From NCBI GenBank assembly GCA_965644315.1, contig CBFFRQ010000053.1, forward strand, positions 1 through 64,000: a stretch of 64,000 bases of DNA, written 5' to 3'. The DNA is from Caecitellus pseudoparvulus (taxonomy: Eukaryota; Protista; Bigyra: Bicosoecida). The notes under the pieces are model-generated. The model saw nothing but the letters and a program-made list of their open reading frames with translations, was not told where the DNA came from and ran no database searches. This document shows positions 1 through 10,233 of the stretch, one piece after another (within the stretch, counting starts at the first letter, position 1; the number at the start of each line of letters is the position of its first letter). A program made the position numbers and the translations under genes.

Positions 1-484
1 TAACCCTAACCCTAACCCTAACCCCTAACCCTAACCCTAACCCTAACCCTAACCCTAACCCTAACCCTAACCCTAACCCTAACCCTAACCCTAACCCTAA
101 CCCTAACCCTAACCCTAACCCTAACCCTAACCCTAACCCTAACCCTAACCCTAACCCTAACCCTAACCCTAACCCTAACCCTAACCCTAACCCTAACCCT
201 AACCCTAACCCTAACCCTAACCCTAACCCTAACCCTAACCCTAACCCTAACCCTAACCCTAACCCTAACCCTAACCCTAACCCTAACCCTAACCCTAACC
301 CTAACCCTAACCCTAACCCTAACCCTAACCCTAACCCTAACCCTAACCCTAACCCTAACCCTAACCCTAACCCTAACCCTAACCCTAACCCTAACCCTAA
401 CCCTAACCCTAACCCTAACCCTAACCCTAACCCTAACCCTAACCCTAACCCTAACCCTAACCCTAACCCTAACCCTAACCCTAA
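1..484 (+). repeat. Terminal telomere, (CCCTAA)n = C-strand of TTAGGG, ~80 units
   Basis: Uninterrupted CCCTAA array from base 1, with one CCCCTAA variant at ~22-28. Ends ...CCCTAA|TGCATT at 484/485. Confidence 0.99.
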
Positions 485-706
485 TGCATTGAATGAACTA
501 ATGTCAACCTAATCATAGGTTGTGCATTGCTAACATTGCCTAATCCAGGCGCTCGTGCACCCAAGTGTGGTGTTGCACAGTGTTTGGGTTGGCATGCAGC
601 GCGCGGGTGGCAGCTGTGCGAATTCCGCACGCCGCCCCCACGCAGTGCTATGCGGCTCCGGGCTGACGCTGCACCACTGCTTGCCCGAAACCATTGCGCC
701 ATCATC

Positions 707-2799
707 ATGTCATCCAAGGCCAGCCAAGTCCCCGGCGTGCTCTTCGCGGACAAGTGCCTGGAGCAGCGTGTGTCAGGGCGGCCACGAACAGACGTGCTGA
801 CCGGACATGTCACGCCGAGGGGCAGCCCGACTTTCCAGCTCGGTGGCATGGACATTGACTGCACGGATGGCCAAGATGCATCATTTTTCGTCCGCAAGTG
901 GCTTGGCATCTTCGGAGATGAGCTGAGGCCGAGTTTTCCTGGAGCTGCTCCTGTGATGGTGCGCGCTAATTCCGCGCTGAAACAATCCGCACCAGGGCAG
1001 ACCATTCTCCTTGTCACGCTGCCGAGTGACGGTGAAGGCCCCGCCATTGCCAAGTCCCTGCGCGTTGCTGCTACAAAGCGGAGAAGACTTCATCACACGC
1101 GTGTTGAAGGGGGGCGGTCAGGCGTGGTGTACTCCAACACGCGCAGTTCACGTCAGAGCGCGCCAGGGTCACGTGATCGCTCCTCCTCTGTAGTGAAGGT
1201 TGCTCAAAAAGATCTCTGAGGCAGCAACAACATTGCTCAGAGAGTGGGGATGTGTCCAAGATCTTGAAGCTTGTCCATGCCCATGTCACCAACACTCACT
1301 CCATCGCCACGCGTGCTCCAAAGCCTGTCGGACACTCCGTCTCTCCAGAAGATGACGCCTCTGTCGACAAGCTGCCAAGCACACTGCCAAAGCCCCTTGC
1401 TGAAGGCGGTCCCAAGAAGAAGAAGACACGGAGGGGCAAACGCAAGCCATCGACAAAGAGCTCTCCTCCTCGGCGCTTTGCTGAACTGTTCAAGGAGGGC
1501 GTCGTGACTACTCGCCCCACAGCGCCCTCCCCTCCATCTGCACCCGCCGAGTCGTCAGGCCAAGCTGCCCTTTCCCCTGAACATGTCCCTCTTCCGTCCA
1601 CCAGAAATAAGCGCCCGACCTTCAGCAGATGGGACTCGCCCAGCCCACGCAAGAGACCTCCTCCCGTGTCCCCGACAGCTGCGGCACTATCGGGCAGCGG
1701 GGCACAGCCACCTCTTGCAAGTCCTGCAAACACGGCACCCACTACGCTGCTAAACTTGCTGACTGCAGTCGCCGACCAGCACGGCTTGGACAGGCAAACC
1801 TTGACTTGGGCCCCTTGCAACTCCTCGCCTCTGCGCACGCGTTCCGCAATAAGGACCAACGACACTGTGTCCAGGCCTGCTTTGAAACAGCAGCAGGAGA
1901 GCCACTCTTCACGACGATGATCTTGTCCTTCTTCAACACGCAGCCACCATCCAAGCGGCGCAGACATCCTTCTGTGCTGTGTTGAAGAAGAGCAGCGCGC
2001 GTCACCCTGGCACACCAGACTCGGAGGTCCATGCTGGCTCGAAACAGAACCTCCTTAGTGCCGACCACCGAGCAAGACAAGCTTGACCTCTCTTTCAATC
2101 GTTCCTGTACCGACATGCGCTGGATGATGCAGCACTCACCAGTGCCTGTCCACCTGTGCTCCTCCCTGGTCTTCATCTCGTTCACGCGTATCAACGAGGG
2201 CCATCGGGAACTTGAAGGCGGCACAGTGTCTGGACACTGCCTGGTTGATGTCGGCGCAGAGAAAGAGATGACCTCCGAGGCAAAAGTCTTTGCTGGGGTG
2301 TACTTCGCGTTTGCTCTCAGCTTGGTTGACACTGGAGGTGTCTCCCACCTTCAGCTCATTGTCGTCAACGCTGAGAAGTCCACACTTGTACTGTGGAACC
2401 CTGACGAACCCTTCAAGAGCACCAACATTCCAATCGACGGCTGCCTGAACACACTCGACTCGATGGGCATTGAGTCTGTGTACACCGTGTCTCATCCTCC
2501 CGCTGAGTGTAGCAAGCCGATTCCCTTCAAAGACAGAAGTGCGGCTGGCCATGCTGTCCCTCAGGTCTGACTTTCTCCCACTCCCGTTCGTAGCTGAGGA
2601 CGAGACTGTCTACCCAAAGACTACTCGCGCAAGACAACACGGGTGTACTCCCCGTAGGCCGCACCACGCGCCAACAAGCAGCCGCCGATGAGAGAGCCAA
2701 GACGGTTGACCCCATACTGTCACCATCCCAACATCTGTACAAGTCGCCGACCAGATCAGTAGCGATGCACCCCATACCCCTGTCGGCCGCGGAAGACAC
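707..2799 (+). pseudogene. N-terminal/ORF1-like region of the LINE (fragmented): unknown domain, basic KKKKTRRGKRK patch, Pro/Ser linker, probable Ulp1/peptidase C48-like domain (~2030-2560)
   Basis: ATG at 707 (MSSKASQVPG). Fragments 527-1219, 1252-1920, 2031-2570 and 2470-2691 tile the region across frames. VHLCSSLVF...SHLQLIVVNAEKSTLVLWNPD resembles the C48 His/Asp strand pattern; QRQKCG (Cys at 2540) follows in a shifted frame. Confidence 0.55.
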
Positions 2800-5700
2800 A
2801 TGACACTCGCACTTGCTGCTTGGAATGTGCACGGTCTCTGCGGCCAGTGTGTCCACGATGTCGTCACCTGTGTCCAGTCTGTGTGCAGTGCGTCGTCCAT
2901 GTTGGCACCTGTGCCGCGAGCCCGGGGGGCACGGCCTGCTCGACACGGAAGTCAGGCGGGCCTTGAATGCTTCCGCCCAAGCCTCGCCTGATCGGCCTGT
3001 CGGGCGGAGTGAGGCTGCCTTGCTGCTTGATCGAAGACTCAATGGCTCAGTGATCCGGGCCTGACGTTGATGGTCGCTGCATAATTGCTTGCTCGATCCC
3101 TGCAAGCCCACAACCCATCGCCATCATAGCCACGTGTACGTACCAACTGGCACTCTTGGCAGCGAAAAAGAAGCCAGTCGCTGATCCGGACACGAACTAC
3201 CTGTACCGGCAAGAGGTTTGGCGGCAGCTTGAGTCTGCTGTTCAACAGCTCCACCACCCACATGATTGTCATCATGGGTGACTTGAACACCATCCAGGTG
3301 ACGAAGTGGGTAGGCACGTGGGGAGCAGATCATCGTAGGAGAACCGGACCGGCATTCCCGAGCCCACTGAAGACATCCTGCAGATGCAGCTCCTCCTGCG
3401 AGCAAGGCCCACTGATCCCAGCCGGACTTGGTAGCCTGCCAACGCACAGGTATGGTCGGGCTCTGGACCACATCCTGATGATTGAGGACCTCCACAGTAT
3501 GTTGAGCAGACCACTGCACATCACAACAACGTTCTCCAGCGGGACGAAAAAGAGTGCCGCTCGACTAGTCCTCAGTGACCATCATCTTGTTGCAGCAGAA
3601 GTCCGAGTGAAGCCTGCCAAGCGAGTGTGGACATCATCCGCGAGCCCCATGTACAGGCGGTGCCACCCTGGTGGACCTCAGCGACAGAGGCTGGGTTGGC
3701 AGCGCAAGCGATGTTTCGAGGATCCCTCAGCTCGCGGGCCACCGCGCTCCAGACAGGCAGCTGCCCCGAGCCTATCCTTTCTCAACGGTGCTATCGAAGC
3801 TGCGGCTATGGACACACATCGCAAGGCCAAGACCCCACGTGACCCTTGCCCCAGCTGAAGATGGACATCAAGGCGGCCAGCGGGGTCAAGAAGTCCATGA
3901 CTGCATCGCGTCCAAGCTGCGGAAGACCATTGCCAAGCTGCACCGGAAGCTCGCACTTGCCACCGGTCGGCATCCTCAGCCAGACCACGCCCGTGCCATC
4001 CGGAGAGGGAATCTCCATGGCCACTGAAGAGCTACACGCCACGCTTCAATGCCGCAAGGATGCAATGCGGAAGTGCACGAGGCTTTGTGAAGAAGAAGCG
4101 ACATGTCACTCTGTCCAGGATCCGAGCACGCTTGAGGGGAACTCGCTGTCACGGATCCCTTCACCACCCACCAACACATCAAGCGCCTGTCAGGTCGAGG
4201 TCGTCGAGCCCGTCGAGCTCCCATCAGGTCCGTGAAGTCCATGCAGGGAGTGCTCATCTCCTCCCCTGATCTGGTGAAGGAAAGAGTTGCCACAGATGTC
4301 TGGCATCCCGAGTCACAACAAGCCCAGGCCAACATCGCTGAAGTACGGCTGGCAAGGTTCCTTCCCTCAGCCCAAGATCCTTCACCGCCAGTGACATGGC
4401 TTCCCTCCAAGAAGCAAGTCAAAGTCCCTCATGGGATCACTCAGCTTGCATCGACACCCAGGCTCTGGCAAGTTCCAATCAGAGCACATCAAGTATGCTG
4501 GGCCAGGCTTCCAAGACATCTACTCCCAAGCCGTCATCCAAGCGTTGCAAACGGGCACCTGCCCGCCAGACTACCATGCAGGCATTGGGTCACTCATCCC
4601 CAAGAAGACGAGTGAAGCTGGGCGGCCTCGCACATACCGCTTGATTGTATGCCGCCCCCTCCTTGCGAAGCTCTTTCTTCTCAGTGGCCGCTGCATGCCT
4701 GAGTCCTGGATGCAAACATGGGTGTCGAAGGAGCAGGCTGGCTTCACTCGACACCGCAACACGCATGAGCACATCTTGGCTCTCCAAGAGGTGATCAAGG
4801 GCCACCTGCGACAGTCAACAGCGCCAGTGCAAGTCCTGGTACTCTTCGTGGACTTCCGAGCATTCGACTCTGTGAGCCACGCAGCCATCACAGAGATCCT
4901 TGAGGCTGCCTCCTCCCTGCGCCACTCCTGGCCGTCATCAAGGAGTACATGTCCAAGGCGACGGTCTCCATCAACACGCGCCATGGTCTTTGTCGCCCCT
5001 TCCTGTCAGCAATGGTGTCCCCCCAAGGAGGAGCTCTGTCCCCCTCCTCTTCAAGGTTGCGATAGATGTGCTGTCGCAAAGGCTCCACGAGATGCCCCCT
5101 CCGGCATCCAGGGAGCGCATCCAACACAGCAGGCCATGTCACCCACACCCTGTATGCAGACGACCTGGCCTGCATCGCAACGTCTGCCACGGCCTTGCAC
5201 CGAATCTTCGTAGAGGTGAAGGCCATCGCCGCCCGGGTTGGCCTTGCCATCAACCCGTCGAAGTCCGGGGTCATGATCCTTGCCAACTCCGTGAGGCAGC
5301 CGGACACCAGTCAGTGAAAGGAAGAAGTTGGTGTGGCGGGCTCGGCTGCCACCAAAGCGGGCAGCATGCTGAAGGTTGGCACCAAGTCCATCCAACGGGT
5401 GGCCGAGTACACCTACTTGGGTGTGCCGATGTCCGAACATCCTGCCAAGACCTCGTGCACTTACCCTGCAACAAGCTGGGCTTGCTTGCATCCAAGCCGG
5501 GTTCACTGCGGGCGCGCTGCTCAGTGCCACCTGGCTCGATGTGCAGCAGCGGCACCTGGTTGGGTATGCCACTGTCACGTCAGCCGCCGACTACATGCTG
5601 TCCACCTGGGCCAACAGTTCCCTGCTTCCGCTGCGCGATGCTGACTGCGGCGTCGCCCTCGCCTTGGACAGGACCCAAGTCGGCTCGCAGAGTGCACTCA

Positions 5701-7232
5701 TGCGCCCCCACAGCTACGCCAAGCTGGCTCTATGCGGAGTCCTGCCTGCCCACATCCGCTCCACGCAACTGCGGACTGGGATGTTTGTCAAGGCTCTCCG
5801 GATGCTGCACTCGGACACCCCTCTTGCCCGAGCTCTGTGCCTGACCATCCCGCAGGCCCTTGACCTTATGCCTGCTTCTGATGTCGACGACCTCTACCGT
5901 CGACACCATTGCTGATGGAGGTCGACTCCGGGCTGCCAGTGTCCCTGCTCCGTGGGCACTGCATGCCCTCTTGGACCTCTGGCCCATGGGCTGCATGCCA
6001 GACCTTGCACAGCTTCGGCTTGCATGTGCACCTGGCTCTGAGCATGCTGCCAGCCCTTGCCCAAGTCCTTGCCGGACTTAAGACCACCCCGGGCCTCCAC
6101 AGGTCTGCGGTGGTTGGGGTGGCTGCCAGCGGCTGTCCATGGCCGAACCCCCGGCCTTCACGGCAGACACCCCCTGGGCCCTGCGTCGCCAAGTCCTCGC
6201 GTCGCATCTTCATGTAGCCCAGGCAGTGCCGAGTGCAGCTGCCCACTACACCACCGACAGCCGAATCCCCTAAGTGCAGAAGCCCAGGCCGTATCATCTT
6301 GGGCCTGGTGCGCAGCACTTCGTGGCTACATCCACTGCCACACGGTGAATCCCCTCTTCTGGGTCTGTCCTGATGACAGGCCCACCAGAGTGATGGTCCA
6401 TCACTTCCAGACCTTACAGCTTCTTCATGGGGGACAGTGCCACTCTGTACGAGTGCTGTCCGATTTGCGGACTCAACACCGTGTACAGCTGCACGTGCAC
6501 ATCCTGCTGCACTGCACCCACCACGACCACCATGGCACGCCAACACATCGATGACCAAGTTCAGAGAACTGGCTCAACAGGTCAGCTGTGCTCGAGTCCG
6601 CAGGCCAAGTGCAGTGCCTGCCCATCCCCCCAAGATCTGCCACGCTCCTCCTTCGCGCCCCCGACCCAGAGCCGCGAAGCCTGCGGGACCTCGAGGTCCT
6701 CCACAGGCTCCTGCTCTGCGGGCAGTGGCCTCACCGGTGGGGGCTGGCCGACGAAGAGCAGCTTGTCTCTATGAAAGAGGCGGCTGTCCTCTCCCACCCC
6801 CACCTCGTCCACCGTGCTGGTCCTTGCCGTGTCCGTGCCCCAGCTGTATGGCAAGACATCCTGCGCAGCGCGGTTGAGTTCACAGCAAAGGCGTGGCGGG
6901 TCACAGTCACTTACATGTTGCGTAGACCGATGCCCACCACCTTGCTGTCCAGAGGCATGCTGAGTACCTGTGGTGGGCAGTACATGGGCGCGGGGCGCCG
7001 CTGCTCTGCCGCACGCAGCCAGTGCGGTCAGCGGCCACGCGGCACACGCGCAGGCCCCGCACTCGCCGCAGGGCACGCACCTTTTTCCCCTGCCAAGGCT
7101 GGCCAAGTGCCGTCCACGGAGGGCAAGGTCCAGAGGACGCTGCAGCACTTCATGGGGCCTCAGCCAGCCCATGCAGACACTGATGGTGAGGGGGAAGGGC
7201 CCGATGGTTCCTGTGAAGAGAGCGAGGAGTAA
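2800..7232 (+). pseudogene. LINE pol/ORF2-like region: AP-endonuclease + reverse transcriptase + C-terminal CCHC zinc finger (multiple frameshifts)
   Basis: APE: AWNVHGL (2818-), IMGDLN (GDLN 3277-3288), LDHI (3463-), LSDHHLV (SDH 3574-3582). RT: LIPKK...TYRLI...LAKLF, EQAGF..HRNTHEHI, LFVDF-RAFDSVSH, NGVP(Q)GGALSPLLF (5011-5052), LYADD (5150-5164), GLAINPSKS, YTYLGV. CCHC: CPICG (6457) ... HILLHC (6498-6515). Last frame ends at TAA 7230-7232. Confidence 0.92.
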
Positions 7233-8112
7233 GGCGGAACGCAGGCGGTGGGCGGGGGAGTGGAACAGCCACGCTTGTGGCCGCGTCTACCCTCCACGAG
7301 TGTCCTAACGTGATGAACCTGTGTGAAGCGTGGTGATAACCACGGTAGCCCGAAGCAGATGCCCAAGACCTTACCTTTTACTTACTACATAGCTCGCGAG
7401 TAGCAGTGGAGTGAGCGGGAGCGTGCCTCGGGCCGCGGCGCGTGTGCAGCCGCAGTGCTGCACGGCCGCGGCCCGATGGCGGCTGACGATGAAGCAAGCT
7501 CACTTACCACGAAACCAGGGGCGTGACGGGTTGAAGAAGAAGGTCCTTTTCCTTTCTGTATCCCCTTGATGCGCGCGATGCGCTCTGCGGCGCGGGCGCG
7601 TGTGTGCGCACGGGTGCTGGTGTGCGCGATCGAATTCCGCACCACGCACCCGGCCGAGTTCCCGCGCAGAGGCGGAGCACACACCCCGGCGAAGGGCGCA
7701 GAGAGGCCTATGAGGGCCACGAGAAAGGAGGTGGGTGAGGAATTTTGGATTATGATCTGTTGTCAAGACTGCGCGGATGCCTGGGTGTGCTCTGGTGTGC
7801 CCCAGGTGTCTGGCGCTGGCGGAGCAGGGGATGAAGTGTAGCGGAGGAGGGCCAAGATGATGAATTGGAGCGGGCCAGGACCTGCCCTAGCAAGTGGCGG
7901 CAGATATAACGGGTGCAAGCCTGCGGGTTTGTTGCGAATCCGCGCCAAGCGGTAGCCGCTGTGTGGCGTCCTACATGTGCAGAGGTGCATTGTGGGGCGC
8001 CCGTGTGACGCTCAAGCTGTACGGTGCCAAGCTGTGCCGAGGTGAAATGCATTGTGAGTTGCTAAAGATGTAGCCTGCATGGAGGCTTAATCTACGTCCC
8101 TGCATTGAGTAG

Positions 8113-8231
8113 CTAACCCTAACCCTAACCCTAACCCTAACCCTAACCCTAACCCTAACCCTAACCCTAACCCTAACCCTAACCCTAACCCTAACCCTAA
8201 CCCTAACCCTAACCCTAACCTAAAACCCAAC
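8113..8231 (+). repeat. Interstitial telomeric tract: (CTAACC)18 plus degenerate TAAAACCCAAC
   Basis: 108 nt of perfect repeat at 8113-8220, same polarity as the terminal telomere. The degenerate units are on the centromere-proximal side. Confidence 0.98.
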
Positions 8232-8445
8232 AATAATTCTCATCTGCTGGAAGACAACTCGCAGCAGCTCGGTGCGCTGGAGCAGGGCTGGCCATGAGCT
8301 TGCTGTAGTGACGGGAGTTTCATCCTGAACGGCGCTGAACGAAAAACCCCTTGCTGCAAAGCCTGGAGCACGTTGGAGGCAGAGCACTCGCAAAACGTGT
8401 CCTTCACATATTTGGATTCATCTCATGCTTCGGCACCGAGGAGCG

Positions 8446-10233
8446 TCAACATGCCATCAAGTGTCGGCGGGGGTGCTCAGCTGTGTTGCTGAAGCTGGCG
8501 TTGACTGTGCGAAACGCGAGGCCACTCCGTTGAGGGGCGCTCCTGCGTGGACACGAGGAGCTGATTGAAAGCTTGAGCAGCCAGGCCCGGAAGTGGTCCC
8601 ATTGGCCGCGAGAGGTGGTGAATTGTGGCAAATCTCCCACATCAGTCACGACAATGAGAGTATCCAAGAAAACACAGAGGCAATGATCCTTTGACCGATT
8701 CTCAAGGCAGTCGTGGATTAAGCTGCAACGAGCGGCGTTTTTCACGCGCTGCCCCCCAGAGGCGAGTAAATAACTGCTGACAGTGCACGGCACTTGCCTT
8801 GCCCATGCCCTGCCCATGCCCTGCCCATGCCCTGTTCCTCCGAGCGCCTCCACAACGCCTTGCACAGCGGTGCCTGCGTCACCCCGCGATTGAGGCGCCC
8901 ACACCTGGCGAAACAAGCTTGCAGTGCGCTCCAGTGCTGCTGAGGCCTGCTTGTGAGTGCAGGGCCCAATGTGAAGAGGGAGGATGGGCACCCCGCTCGG
9001 GTGCAGCCCAGCTTGAGTTGGTGTGAAGTGCTCTCCTTGGCACCGACGAAGCAGCATACCTGCTGCAGTGGCACAGACAGCAGCCAAAGCGAGGGGGACG
9101 TCCTTGCAAAGCCTTGCAGCAGCCCCAACTCCACGCCCTGGCCCATACAGAGCCCACCCATAGGCTGTGAGGAATTCTTGGACTTGTGTCTTTTGGGAGT
9201 CTGACAGGGTCTTTCGTCGCAAGATGCGGCAGGCGCAGTCGATGAAGGCCTGGATGTCGGCAGGCTCAGCAGAGCTCAAGGCGGCTCGTTGCCGAGCAAC
9301 GGCATCCTCTGGCAGGAGCAACTTGGGAGACACTACGCCCAGTGCGGGCGTTCGGATCCACTCCACTGTGTCGAACCACGGCCTGATGAAGAGTGGGCCA
9401 TCTTGGTGCATAGCTCGCTTGGGAATGGCCTTGGCGACGCGGCTGGCGAAGTGCCATGGGTCCACCGCGAACCGCACCACGCCTTTCTGCAGCAGTGGAA
9501 AGTGCACGTCGATGATTGCCTGCAGGGCGTGCTGGTGGGTCCTGAGGTTGTCCACTGCGATGACCCTGGGGTGGGGCGCCGCCGGGCCGCGCTCCCGCAG
9601 GTGTCCATTCAGCCTGTGCAGCACTAAGCCCAGGACCCGGGCCAAGTTTGCCGCGCTTTCGTATCCCGTTAACATGGGAGGCTGCAGGATAAAACCGTAC
9701 TGGCCCACAACCGTGGCTATGCAGGGAGCCACTCGCCACCGAGTCTTGCGTGTGGCACGCGTGGCCCGGCCTCCGCTGCCCGCACAGGCTTCCTCCTCTG
9801 CATCCTCGTCGCTGTCGCTGTCGCTGTCACTGCCTTCTTCCCCATCTGGCCAACCTTCAGCCTCTCCCTCGCCCAGCTCGTGCTGTGGGCCCGCTGGCGC
9901 AGCTGTGGCCCTGCGCAGTGGCTGTGGGCCCGCGACGTGCACACGGGCCGAAGATGCAAAGGTCCAGTCCACGCTGATGGTGTCAGCGAAGCGTGCGAGG
10001 GCCTGCAGGTAGCCCTCCACATGCGGCTTGACAGCGGCATGGTAGATGTGCAGGATGGCATCCCGCAGAGCCTTCACGCTTGTGCTGGATCGCACGTTGC
10101 CCACAACATGCTTTCTGGCTCGGCGCACGGCTTGGGCCAGTGCGTGTTGCACCTCAGGGCGTACACCGAGAGAGGGGTGCTTTCTGAACAGCGTCTCTTT
10201 CCAGGAGTCTACCTTGTGCCCCAAGGGTCGCAT
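8446..10233 (-). mobile_element. DDE-transposase-like ORF of the D..D..DxxH class (MULE/ISL3-like signature), probably degenerate; Cys-rich fragments may extend to ~10980
   Basis: 595-aa ORF with ISVDWTF (~9958-9978), ATVVGQYGFIL, VIAVDN (~9547-9564) and RFAVDPWHF (DPWH 9451-9462). No in-frame catalytic Glu recognised; no TIRs seen. Confidence 0.55.

Larger units (their letters stand above)
485..8112 (+). mobile_element. Telomere-embedded non-LTR retrotransposon (APE-RT-CCHC LINE), apparently near full length, frameshifted in this assembly
   Basis: Bounded on both sides by telomeric repeats. Ordered LINE motifs on +: APE 2800-3610, RT ~4450-5430, CCHC 6457-6515. ~220-nt 5' leader and ~880-nt 3' region that runs directly into (CTAACC)18 with no poly(A). 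Confidence 0.93.

Noticed and set aside
7310-7490. C/D-box snoRNA (GTGATGA at 7310, CTGA at 7483)
   Set aside because: No terminal stem or recognisable rRNA guide; such boxes occur by chance.
7481-7530. Hammerhead ribozyme (CTGACGA...CGAAAC) in the LINE 3' region, with a similar motif at 661-693
   Set aside because: Stem II does not close with the required R-Y pair, no convincing stem III/NUH site was found, and the 5' copy has CTGACGC. Kept only as a shared-motif observation.
485-8112. Penelope/Athena-type element or a telomerase (TERT) gene
   Set aside because: The RT motifs (QxGF, DFxxAFD, GVPQG, YADD, YLG) with an upstream APE and downstream CCHC are those of LINE-type elements. No GIY-YIG or TERT T-motif was seen.
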